Part shown: one piece after another, positions 1 through 8,741 of the stretch
How the letters are laid out: every line of letters begins with the position of its first letter
How positions within the stretch are numbered: the stretch's first letter is position 1
Origin: Nitrospirota bacterium
GTDB taxonomy: Bacteria > Nitrospirota > UBA9217
Direction: 5' to 3'
Assembly (NCBI GenBank): GCA_963749655.1
Contig: CAVVOB010000032.1
Coordinates: 32,001 to 96,000 of the forward strand
Length of the DNA stretch: 64,000 nt
Translations under genes and position numbers: made by a program
Notes under the pieces: model-generated
What the model saw: the letters and a program-made list of their open reading frames with translations, nothing else
Told to the model about the DNA's origin: nothing
Databases searched by the model: none

Positions 1-1628
1 TCTTTAAGCACGATGATCCTGTCGGCGTTCATGATCGTCGAAAGTCGGTGCGCGATGACAAAGCTCGTTCTGCCCGCCATAAGCGTGTCGAGCGCCTTCT
101 GCACTTCCCGTTCTGACTGGGTATCGAGAGATGATGTCGCCTCGTCGAGGATCAGGATCGGCGCGTTCTTCAGGAGCGCCCGGGCTATGGCAACGCGCTG
201 CCGCTGGCCGCCTGAAAGCTTCACACCCGACTCCCCGATAACCGTTTCGTAGCCCTGCGGGAGCGCGCGGATGAAGTCGTCCGCGAATGCCGCTTTCGCT
301 GCGCTGCTGATGTCGTCTGCGCTTCTGCTGGTGTCTCCGTAGGCTATGTTTTCCTTTACCGTATCATTGAAAAGAAATGTCTGCTGCGTCACGATTGCCA
401 TCAGCGAGCGGAGCGACTCAAGCGAAAGGTCCCGGATATCGCAGCCGTCGATAAGAATCGCCCCTTCCGTTACATCATAAAAACGGGGGACCAGGTTCAC
501 CAGCGTGGTCTTGCCGCCGCCGCTTTTCCCGACGATGGCGATTGTTTCACCGGCCTTGACGGTCAAATTGATGCCCTTGAGCACCAGATCGTCCTCGTAC
601 TTGAAAGCAAGATCTCGAAATTCGATCGTTTTGAATTCTCGTTCCGCCGCAACGGCGCCCTTCCGGTTCTTGATCTCCGGCTCGGTATCAAGGACATCGA
701 AGATGCGCCGTGCCGCGGCGACCCCGTCCTGGACCGTGCTGTTCACACCGTTCAGCTCCTTGATCGGACGGTACAGGAAGTAAAGGGCCGTCATGAAGGA
801 GAAGAACGCACCTACGGTCATGCCGCCTTCGATGATCCAATACCCGCCGATCAGGATGACAAGGGAAATGCCGAAGGTCGTGATGACCTCCATGATGGGA
901 TGGGAGACGGAGCTGGTCTTTATGGCGCGCATCAAGGAATTGAAGAGAGCCCGGTTGCGTTGGGCAAAACGACGGTTTTCGTAAGGCTCCATGCCGAATG
1001 CTTTTACGATCCGGATGCCGGAGATGGTTTCATGAATATGGGTGGTCAGGCTGCCGTACTGTTCCTGCATCTGCGTGCTTGCCCGCCTGAACCGCCGGCT
1101 GAACTTTGCCAGCGCTATTCCGAGAAGCGGCATGACGGTCACCGAAAAAGCCGCAAGACGCCAGTCCTTGTAGATAACATAGACCGTCAGCGCCGCCATG
1201 GTGAACACGCCCTGCACGAGGCTGGAGGGAGCCTTCGTCAGCGCGCCCTGCACGAGGTTGACGTCATTGATGATCCTCGAGATCAATACGCCGGTCGGCG
1301 TCCTGGTGTAATAGGAAAATGAGAGCGAGGTCAGCCGGGAATAGAGCTGGTCGCGTATGTCATTTACGATCCTCTGTCCCACGTATCCCATCAGGTAGTC
1401 CCGGGCGTAGGCTGCAGCGCCTTTCAGGATTACGACGGCCATCAGTGCGGGCGGAAGGAGGTACAGGAGGCGCATATCCTTGTTCAGAAATACCCTGTCC
1501 AGCACCGGCTGTACGAGATACGCCTGAAGAGAGATCAGTCCGCTGGTCAGCCCCATGAAGACCACGGCCCAGATCAGACGGGACTTGTAGGGGGAAAGAT
1601 ATTTCAGCAGTCTTTTGTATATTTCCAT
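1..1628 (-). CDS. msbA: Lipid A export ABC transporter MsbA (3' end runs off the window; absent from the ORF track)
   Basis: Manual translation from ATG at 1628 (MEIYKRLLKYLSPYK) gives a transmembrane domain, Walker A GKSGGGKT, signature LSGGQRQRVAIARA and ILDEATSSLD. It lies directly after lpxB. Confidence 0.93.
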   Translation of the reverse strand, partial: MEIYKRLLKYLSPYKSRLIWAVVFMGLTSGLISLQAYLVQPVLDRVFLNKDMRLLYLLPPALMAVVILKGAAAYARDYLMGYVGQRIVNDIRDQLYSRLTSLSFSYYTRTPTGVLISRIINDVNLVQGALTKAPSSLVQGVFTMAALTVYVIYKDWRLAAFSVTVMPLLGIALAKFSRRFRRASTQMQEQYGSLTTHIHETISGIRIVKAFGMEPYENRRFAQRNRALFNSLMRAIKTSSVSHPIMEVITTFGISLVILIGGYWIIEGGMTVGAFFSFMTALYFLYRPIKELNGVNSTVQDGVAAARRIFDVLDTEPEIKNRKGAVAAEREFKTIEFRDLAFKYEDDLVLKGINLTVKAGETIAIVGKSGGGKTTLVNLVPRFYDVTEGAILIDGCDIRDLSLESLRSLMAIVTQQTFLFNDTVKENIAYGDTSRSADDISSAAKAAFADDFIRALPQGYETVIGESGVKLSGGQRQRVAIARALLKNAPILILDEATSSLDTQSEREVQKALDTLMAGRTSFVIAHRLSTIMNADRIIVLK

Positions 1629-1632
1629 GAGG

Positions 1633-2775
1633 TCAGCCAGCCTGTTGGAGCAGCTCCCGGACCACTGATGCGGCGCGGGAGGACGCACCGGCCTCGCCCA
1701 GAAGAGTTCTCACCTCGGCAAGATTCTTCCGGATGGTCCGGTAATATTCGGGGTCATTCAGCATTTTTCCTACTTCGTCGGCCATGTTCTCGGGCGTAGA
1801 GTCGTGCTGGATCAGCTCTGGAACGATGCGTTTCCCTGCCACGATGTTCACCAGGCCCACATCGCGTACTCCCCGAACGAGCTTGGTAAGGATAAAAAAG
1901 TTGAGCGCCGAAATCCGATACACAATCACCATCGGAACGTTCATGATCCCGGTCTCGAGCGTTGCGGTGCCCGATGCAACCACTGCAGCGTCAGACGCTC
2001 TTAAGGCATCATACACCCGTCCGTCGACGAGCTGCACTGCAATTCCGGACTGGTCGGCGTGCCGGCGAATTGATTCGTGATCCAGCGTTGGTGCAAGCGG
2101 AAGAACGAACTGCAAATCGGGGAAGCGCGACAAAAGCAGTCCCGCGGTCTTCAGCATATCGTCCAGAAGGTGCGCAATCTCCGATTTTCTGCTCCCCGGC
2201 AGCAACGCTACGGTACGGCGCGATTCGTCTATACCGAGCGACTTTCTGGCCTGCTCCACGGTGAGTTCCGACCGCACGACGTCGAGGAGCGGATGGCCCA
2301 CGAAACGGACATCAACGCCGGCCTTTTCGTAAAGCGGGACCTCGAAGGGGAACACGACGATCATGGCGTTTACCAGGCCGGCGATCGTCTTGATCCTGCC
2401 CTTTCTCCAGGCCCAGATCTGCGGACTGATGTAATAGAGCACCGGGATACCGAGCTTGCGGGCGGCCTTGCCGAGCATGATGTTGAAATCAGGAAAGTCG
2501 ATCAGGATGATCATGTCCGGACGCTCGCTTGCCAAAAAGCGCTTCAGCTTCGCGTAGACGCGGTAGATCGCAGGGAAATGGGTCACAACGGCGGTTATTC
2601 CCACGACGGAAATTTCCGAGGCATCGGCCAGCATCCGGACGCCGGCTTCCTTCATCCGGACACTGCCCACGCCGTACAGGACCACCGACGGGTCCTGCTT
2701 AACGATCTCCCGTGACAGGTTCGCACCGTGCAGGTCGCCGGACGCTTCACCGGCTACGACGAGGATCTTCTTCAT
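1633..2775 (-). CDS. lpxB: Lipid-A-disaccharide synthase
   Basis: Motifs AGEASGDLHG, IDFPDFN, YISPQIWAWR, LLPGSR and SGTATLE. Confidence 0.97.
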   Translation of the reverse strand: MKKILVVAGEASGDLHGANLSREIVKQDPSVVLYGVGSVRMKEAGVRMLADASEISVVGITAVVTHFPAIYRVYAKLKRFLASERPDMIILIDFPDFNIMLGKAARKLGIPVLYYISPQIWAWRKGRIKTIAGLVNAMIVVFPFEVPLYEKAGVDVRFVGHPLLDVVRSELTVEQARKSLGIDESRRTVALLPGSRKSEIAHLLDDMLKTAGLLLSRFPDLQFVLPLAPTLDHESIRRHADQSGIAVQLVDGRVYDALRASDAAVVASGTATLETGIMNVPMVIVYRISALNFFILTKLVRGVRDVGLVNIVAGKRIVPELIQHDSTPENMADEVGKMLNDPEYYRTIRKNLAEVRTLLGEAGASSRAASVVRELLQQAG

Positions 2776-2813
2776 TCCAGATTCTAATTTCCCGTTCTGC
2801 CGACGTGACCCGG

Positions 2814-3920
2814 CTACAGGGCCGCTTTAACGGCCTCGCACACTTTCTTTACCTGATCTTCCGTCAATTCGGGGTACATGGGGAGCGACAGTACCTCGCG
2901 GGCCGCCTGTTCCGTATTCGGCAGGCTCCCGGGCTTCATCCCGAGGTCCTTGTATGCAGCCTGCAGATGGAGCGGGACCGGATAATAGATCATGGACGAG
3001 GTAATGCCTCCCTCATCGAGCTTTTTCTTCACCTGGTCTCGGTTCCCGACCCTGATCGTGTATTGGTGAAAAACATGCTTCGTTCCCGGCTGCTCTGCGG
3101 GGGTCTGGGCTCCGGTCCCGGCGAGATACTTGGCATAGAGCTGCGCGTTATTTCTGCGCTGTTCATTGTAGGCATCAATGCGTTTGAGCTTGATCAGAAG
3201 GACCGCCGCCTGCATTTCGTCCAGCCTGCTGTTGTATCCGATTTCATCGTGGTAATACCGCACCTTGCTGCCGTGGTTCCGAAGGCTCATGAGACACTCG
3301 GCTATTTTCGGATCGTCGGTGATCACCATCCCGCCGTCGCCGTACCCACCCAGATTTTTGCTCGGGAAAAAACTGAAGCATCCCGTCTGGCCGAAGGTAC
3401 CGGTCTTCTTTCCGCCCTGTTCGGCGCCGAAGGACTGTGCACAGTCCTCAACCACGGACAGGTTACGGCTCTGGGCAATGCTCTTCAGTCCTGTCATGTC
3501 AGCCGGTTGTCCGTAGAGGTGGACGGGAATAACGGCTTTGGTCCTCTTCGTGATCGCAGCATCGATCTTCTTTATATCGATATTGAACGTCACGGGGTCG
3601 ATGTCTACGAACACGGGCACAGCACCGAGGTAGGATATTGCTTCGGCGGTCGCAATGAACGTAAAAGGTGTCGTGATCACCTCGTCGCCGCGTCCAATGC
3701 CGGCCGCCCGGAGCGCGAGATGCAGCGCATCGGTGCCCGAGGCCACGGCAACGGCATGCTTGACGCCGTGATAGGCTGCCACGGCATCCTCAAGCGCCTT
3801 TCCGCGGGAGCCGAGGATAAAATGGGTGCTTTGCATCACCTCTAAAACAGCCTTGGTAACTTCCTGCTCGAGAGATTCGAACTGGATCCTGAGATCCACC
3901 ATGGGAATCGGTACGGACAT
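2814..3920 (-). CDS. gnnB: DegT/DnrJ/EryC1/StrS PLP aminotransferase, probably GnnB (UDP-GlcNAc3N synthesis)
   Basis: Motifs SGTDAL, EDCAQSFG and SFFPSKNLGGYGDGG. It sits between lpxA/lpxI and lpxB beside a Gfo/Idh/MocA oxidoreductase. Confidence 0.8.
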   Translation of the reverse strand: MSVPIPMVDLRIQFESLEQEVTKAVLEVMQSTHFILGSRGKALEDAVAAYHGVKHAVAVASGTDALHLALRAAGIGRGDEVITTPFTFIATAEAISYLGAVPVFVDIDPVTFNIDIKKIDAAITKRTKAVIPVHLYGQPADMTGLKSIAQSRNLSVVEDCAQSFGAEQGGKKTGTFGQTGCFSFFPSKNLGGYGDGGMVITDDPKIAECLMSLRNHGSKVRYYHDEIGYNSRLDEMQAAVLLIKLKRIDAYNEQRRNNAQLYAKYLAGTGAQTPAEQPGTKHVFHQYTIRVGNRDQVKKKLDEGGITSSMIYYPVPLHLQAAYKDLGMKPGSLPNTEQAAREVLSLPMYPELTEDQVKKVCEAVKAAL

Positions 3921-3945
3921 GATACGGAAAGCTCCTCTCTTAACG

Positions 3946-4896
3946 CTAGGGCGCCGGGACGAACCCGGTTATTCCCTGCTTGATGTTTTTTTCTATCAGC
4001 GCCGCCAGGGCGAGCGCCCGTCTGCCCTCAACGCCGGATACGAGCGGCCGCGAACCGTTCCGGACGCATGACACGAACGCCTTGATCTCGTCAGCCAGCG
4101 TGTCGCGCCGTTCGTTGTTGAGCGTCTGCAGGGCAAGTTCGGGAACCCCGGGCCCGCTCTTCCGGGCGATTGATGCGTTCTGGGACTGGTAGTCCGACAG
4201 GAAGATCGAATCGCCGTCCAGAACCCGCAAGGTCCGTTTCTTTTCCTCCGAGATCCTGCTCGCGACGATATCGGCTGCGCAGCCGTTCTCGAAGATGATT
4301 CTTGCCGATGCGATGTCGATGTGGTCCGTAATGATCGAAGCGCCTGCGGCGCTGATCTCCCGCGGCGCTGCGCCCGCGAGATCGGTCACAATATCGATAT
4401 CATGAATCATGAGGTCCAGTACGACGCTGACGTCGGTGCATCGCACCGTGAACGGGGCCGCCCGTTCTGCGCTCATATACCGGGGCGATCTGATCAGGGA
4501 CCGGATCGCGGCCACCGCAGGGTTGAAGCGTTCGATATGTCCTATCTGCAGGGTCAACCCTTTCCCCGATGCAAGGCTGATCAGCTCATCTGCCTGCTCC
4601 GTTGTTACGGTCACGGGTTTTTCGAGTAGGACATGGACCCCCTGTTGTAAAAAAGGCAGCGCGATGCGGTAGTGCAGCGCCGTGGGCACCACAATGCTGA
4701 CGGCGTCGACATTGCCGATGAGCTGAGCAGGAACGGAAAAGGCCCGGGTATGCAGTTTCTCGGCAACCTTCGCTGCAGCAGAAGGATCGGCGTCTACCAC
4801 GCCGACCAGATCAACATCTTCAAGGGCTGCATATTTCTCAGCGTGGAACCGACCGAGATAGCCGACTCCCACAACCCCGACTCTTATTTTTTTCAT
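3946..4896 (-). CDS. gnnA: Gfo/Idh/MocA oxidoreductase, probably GnnA
   Basis: Start MKKIRVGVVGVGYLG at 4896, overlapping the lpxI stop (ATGA). Motifs EKP, GHIERFNP and DLMIHDID. Confidence 0.8.
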   Translation of the reverse strand: MKKIRVGVVGVGYLGRFHAEKYAALEDVDLVGVVDADPSAAAKVAEKLHTRAFSVPAQLIGNVDAVSIVVPTALHYRIALPFLQQGVHVLLEKPVTVTTEQADELISLASGKGLTLQIGHIERFNPAVAAIRSLIRSPRYMSAERAAPFTVRCTDVSVVLDLMIHDIDIVTDLAGAAPREISAAGASIITDHIDIASARIIFENGCAADIVASRISEEKKRTLRVLDGDSIFLSDYQSQNASIARKSGPGVPELALQTLNNERRDTLADEIKAFVSCVRNGSRPLVSGVEGRRALALAALIEKNIKQGITGFVPAP

Positions 4897-5714
4897 GAAT
4901 TTTCTTCCCTGCCGTCGATTGCCACGATCGTGATCCCTGCGCGATCGGCCTCGGCAGCAACGAGATCGTGATCGAAAATAATGGTTTTCCCCGCTTCCAC
5001 TGCCAGACAGGCGGCTTTGACCTCCTGCATGGTTCGGATGGTCTGGATCCCCACTGCAGGCAGATCGAAGCGAAGGTCCTGTTGGGGTTTGCATACCTTG
5101 ACGACGACCGCGCCTTGTCCGCAGAGCCGGCCGCCGCGTCGGATGGCCTCATCGGTTCCTTCGATCGCCTCCACGGCAAGTACTGCCTGCCCCTTGACCA
5201 CAACGGTCTGGCCGATGTCCAGCCTGCCGATCTCCTTCGCCAGCTGCCATCCGAAATCGATGTCCCGAAGATCGTCCTTGGACGGCTTCGTTCTGGTCAG
5301 CACGCCGCGGGGGGCAAGGATATTGTCGAGATAGAGCGTCGATGCTCTTACCGTAATGCCCTCTGATTGCAACTCGTCGGCGACCGCCCGGAGCAGGGAG
5401 TCGTCCTTCTTATGAATCATCCGCGCAAGCAGGGCGATCGCCCTCATGTCGGGAAGTGCGCCGCTGAAGAGATGGGTTTTTTTGATGCCCCCAGCCATGA
5501 GAACGTCGCGCACGTCCTGTTCCTTAAATATCTTGATGAGCTTGCCGAGTTGACCGACCTTGATCCAGAATATGCCGTCCACCCACTGCGCAAGCTCCGG
5601 CTGCGTCTCCCCTTCATGGGCGACGGCGATCACCTGCAAACCTTTTTCTCTTGCCGCCCGGGCAATAGCAATGGGAAACGTTCCGTTTCCGGCTATAAGA
5701 CCGATCTTGTTCAT
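4893..5714 (-). CDS. lpxI: UDP-2,3-diacylglucosamine diphosphatase LpxI
   Basis: Motifs IGLIAGNGTFP, LDIGQTVVV, AVEAIEGTD and KPQQDLRFDLPAVG. An alternative start lies at 5753. Confidence 0.93.
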   Translation of the reverse strand: MNKIGLIAGNGTFPIAIARAAREKGLQVIAVAHEGETQPELAQWVDGIFWIKVGQLGKLIKIFKEQDVRDVLMAGGIKKTHLFSGALPDMRAIALLARMIHKKDDSLLRAVADELQSEGITVRASTLYLDNILAPRGVLTRTKPSKDDLRDIDFGWQLAKEIGRLDIGQTVVVKGQAVLAVEAIEGTDEAIRRGGRLCGQGAVVVKVCKPQQDLRFDLPAVGIQTIRTMQEVKAACLAVEAGKTIIFDHDLVAAEADRAGITIVAIDGREENS

Positions 5715-5794
5715 GCCTTCAATGCCCGATTGCCGTCCAGTTGTTTTCTTCATGCAATAATTCGTTTGTCATGTAAACCGTCATCACGGAAACC

Positions 5795-6568
5795 TTATCT
5801 CGTGATTCCACGTTTCGAAGATTTGATAAAATCGACAAGCGCCTGGACCTCACGGGAATCGGGGAATTCTCCCATCGCTTTGAGTACCGCCTCATCCTGG
5901 GTAAGGCCGGACCGGAAAACGATCTTGTACGCCTTTTTAAGCGTAGCGATCGTCTGATCGCTGAACCCCTTCCGCTTAAGTCCTACGAGGTTCAGGCCGT
6001 AAAGCTGCGCTCGGTTTCCGGCGGCGCTTACATAGGGAGGGATGTCCAGCGTTACCGCAGACTGTCCCCCGATGATGGCATAGGATCCTATCCTCGCAAA
6101 TTGATGAACCGCGACGATGCCCCCGAGAATGGCATGATCGCCGATGACGATATGACCGCCCAGAGCGACTGAATTCGCCATGATGATATTGTGGCCGAGC
6201 TTGCAGTCATGCGCCACATGGGAATAGGCCATGAGAAAATTCTTATTGCCGATGGTTGTCTTCCGGTCCTCTTTGGTCGTTGCGCGGTGAACGGTCGCGC
6301 ATTCGCGGATGACGTTGTCATCGCCGATGATCAAATACGTTTCCTCGTTCCGGTACCCGATGTCCTGGGGCGCCGTTCCGATGCTCGAAAAAGGGAAAAT
6401 ATGATTCCGTTCGCCGATCGTTGTCCAGCCCTCGATCAGGACATGGGCCTCAATTTTCGTGTCTGCTCCGATCGTTACATGTTCGCCAATGACCGAATAG
6501 GGGCCGATCTCGACCCCGCCGGCTATTTTGGCCTTCGGATGGACTATGGCTGTTGGGTGAATGCTCAC
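5795..6568 (-). CDS. lpxA: Acyl-ACP--UDP-N-acetylglucosamine acyltransferase
   Basis: IHPTAIV start, hexapeptide repeats, HVAHDC and GLNLVGLKR. Confidence 0.97.
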   Translation of the reverse strand: MSIHPTAIVHPKAKIAGGVEIGPYSVIGEHVTIGADTKIEAHVLIEGWTTIGERNHIFPFSSIGTAPQDIGYRNEETYLIIGDDNVIRECATVHRATTKEDRKTTIGNKNFLMAYSHVAHDCKLGHNIIMANSVALGGHIVIGDHAILGGIVAVHQFARIGSYAIIGGQSAVTLDIPPYVSAAGNRAQLYGLNLVGLKRKGFSDQTIATLKKAYKIVFRSGLTQDEAVLKAMGEFPDSREVQALVDFIKSSKRGITR

Positions 6569-6589
6569 GTATTCTCCTGCACTCCGAAA

Positions 6590-7027
6590 TTATTTGTCGG
6601 CAACCATGGCCATCATTTCCGCTTCCGCTACGACGGCGCCGTCGACTTTCGCCGTGCCTGCGAAGCTCATGATGGCGCCCCGCGTTCTCATGAGCTCGAG
6701 TTCAAACCGGACCTGGTCGCCGGGCACCACAGGCTTCCTGAACTTTGCCTTGTCAATACTCATGAAATACAGCACTTTCTTGCTGACCTCTTCCTTGGGA
6801 ATGGACAACAGTGCCATGACTCCGCCTGTCTGTGCCATGGCCTCGAGCAGAAGAACTCCCGGCATGATGGGATGTCCCGGAAAGTGCCCCTGAAAGAACG
6901 GTTCGTTGATCGTCACATTCTTGAGCCCGACTATTTTTTTGCCGGGTTCAATTTCGAGTATCCTGTCAATGAGCAAAAAGGGATACCGGTGCGGCAGTAA
7001 TGCCATGACTTGGTTTATGTCCAGCAT
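6590..7027 (-). CDS. fabZ: 3-hydroxyacyl-ACP dehydratase
   Basis: Motifs [12 protein letters not shown] and [23 protein letters not shown]. Confidence 0.97.
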   Translation of the reverse strand: MLDINQVMALLPHRYPFLLIDRILEIEPGKKIVGLKNVTINEPFFQGHFPGHPIMPGVLLLEAMAQTGGVMALLSIPKEEVSKKVLYFMSIDKAKFRKPVVPGDQVRFELELMRTRGAIMSFAGTAKVDGAVVAEAEMMAMVADK

Positions 7028-7063
7028 AAATTCCCCCCTCACAGTGGCATAGTGTGCGCTTCA

Positions 7064-8080
7064 TTATTTGTTCTGCAAAGCCTTAACCTGCTTTTCAAGC
7101 TCCGCGATCTGTTTCTTGAGTTCCGGCAATTTGGGCAGGATCGCCTGCACCCTGAGCCAGTCCCTGAGCGGCATGGCGTTCACGCCGGCCATCACCTGGT
7201 CCGCCGCGATGTCCCTCGTGACGGCCGTCCCTCCTCCTACCATGCTTCTGTCCCCGATTGTTGTGTGGTCTGCAACGCCGGCCTGCCCTCCGAAAACCAC
7301 ATAATTGCCGAGCGTGCTGCTTCCGGCGACGCCGACCTGGGCAGCAAGGAGGCAATGTTCTCCGATCGAGACGTTGTGGGCGATCTGGACCTGGTTGTCG
7401 ATCTTGGTCCCCTGTTTGATTACCGTATTGCCCAGCGTGGCCCTGTCAATGCTGCTGTTGCTTCCGATCTCGACATCGTCTTCTATGACCACACCGCCGA
7501 CCTGAGGAATTTTATGATGCCTGCCTGCATCGGTGACAAAACCGAATCCGTCGCTTCCGATTACCGTGCCGGCGTGAATGATCACACGTTTGCCGATGAC
7601 GATTTTTGCACCGACGGTCACGCTGGGATTCACTATGGAATCATCACCGATCGACGCCCCTTCCCCAACATATACGCCTGGACGGAGGGTCACGCGGTCC
7701 CCGATCCTCGCGCCGTCGCAAACGACCGCAAAAGGCCCGATCGACGGGTCCGCACCGATAGACACGTTCTTTCCGATAAAGGCCTGAGGGCTGATCCCTT
7801 CCGCCTGGTAGGGCTTTACGTAAAACAGTTCAAGAGCGCGGGCGAAGGCGAATCGCGGGTTTTTCACTCTCAGCAGTGGAAGGGGCAAAGGCGGTATGTC
7901 CAGAGGAACAAACGCGGCAGAAGCATGTGACGCGAGGAGGTCATTCAGGTGGCTCTTGCCCGTAATAAAAGTGATGGTTCCTTCGCCGGCGTCCTGAATG
8001 CCGGCCACACCGGTAATTTCCGTATCTCCCGCGCCGGATATCTCTGCACCGATTTTTTCAGCAAGTTCTTTCAGTTTCAT
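7064..8080 (-). CDS. lpxD: UDP-3-O-acylglucosamine N-acyltransferase
   Basis: Motifs IGSDGFGF, KIPQVGGV, IDRATLG and KIDNQVQIAHNV. Confidence 0.97.
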   Translation of the reverse strand: MKLKELAEKIGAEISGAGDTEITGVAGIQDAGEGTITFITGKSHLNDLLASHASAAFVPLDIPPLPLPLLRVKNPRFAFARALELFYVKPYQAEGISPQAFIGKNVSIGADPSIGPFAVVCDGARIGDRVTLRPGVYVGEGASIGDDSIVNPSVTVGAKIVIGKRVIIHAGTVIGSDGFGFVTDAGRHHKIPQVGGVVIEDDVEIGSNSSIDRATLGNTVIKQGTKIDNQVQIAHNVSIGEHCLLAAQVGVAGSSTLGNYVVFGGQAGVADHTTIGDRSMVGGGTAVTRDIAADQVMAGVNAMPLRDWLRVQAILPKLPELKKQIAELEKQVKALQNK

Positions 8081-8116
8081 CGTTCGCTCGGCCGCCTTGT
8101 GCGGCGGTGTCTGTTG

Positions 8117-8668
8117 CTATTTGGATTCTTCCTTCTTATTCATTTCATCAATGACCTTGCCGGTCATGTCGAGATCATCATCGGCATACAGAACAGCAGG
8201 CACTTCCGCTTTCGAGAGAACGTTGATGACCTTGTTCAGGACAACGGAGACTTTCTCCTTCTTGGATATCTCCTTGAGCACCGTCATCATCTGCTGATTG
8301 AACTGATGCGATAATTCCTCATTCTTTTTGCTGATCTCGTTGGAAAACTCATCGCGCTTCTTCTGAAAATCATTGATTTTCCGGTTGATGCTTTCTTCTT
8401 TTTCCTTTTGAGCCTGATCATTCAGAAGCTTTGCCTGCTTCTGTTTCGTATATTCTTCCTGCAGTTTCTGAATCTCGTCGGCGTCCATGTCCAGGATCTT
8501 CTTGCGGCTTTCATAGTACTCCCTGACAATGCCCTGGTACTTCATGCCCAGTTTGGTCTTATCGAATACCGCCTGCGTGTCCACAACAGCGATTTTGCCG
8601 CCTGCAGCCATTGCATTAGCGGCAAGCATACACACGATCGTCACTGCAAAAAACAAATGCTTTTTCAT
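8117..8668 (-). CDS. skp: OmpH/Skp periplasmic chaperone
   Basis: Signal peptide, KIAVVD and a long coiled coil; located between bamA and lpxD. Confidence 0.88.
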   Translation of the reverse strand: MKKHLFFAVTIVCMLAANAMAAGGKIAVVDTQAVFDKTKLGMKYQGIVREYYESRKKILDMDADEIQKLQEEYTKQKQAKLLNDQAQKEKEESINRKINDFQKKRDEFSNEISKKNEELSHQFNQQMMTVLKEISKKEKVSVVLNKVINVLSKAEVPAVLYADDDLDMTGKVIDEMNKKEESK

Positions 8669-8741
8669 GAGACTCCTCCTTAGAGAAAAATGCTAAGTTT
8701 ACGTGGGCAATCTGTAGCATGGCCCTGATCGGGTAGCTTGA

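Noticed and set aside
2775-5797. Weak periodic stretches at 2775-2795 and 5760-5795
   Set aside because: They are too short and degenerate to distinguish from chance.
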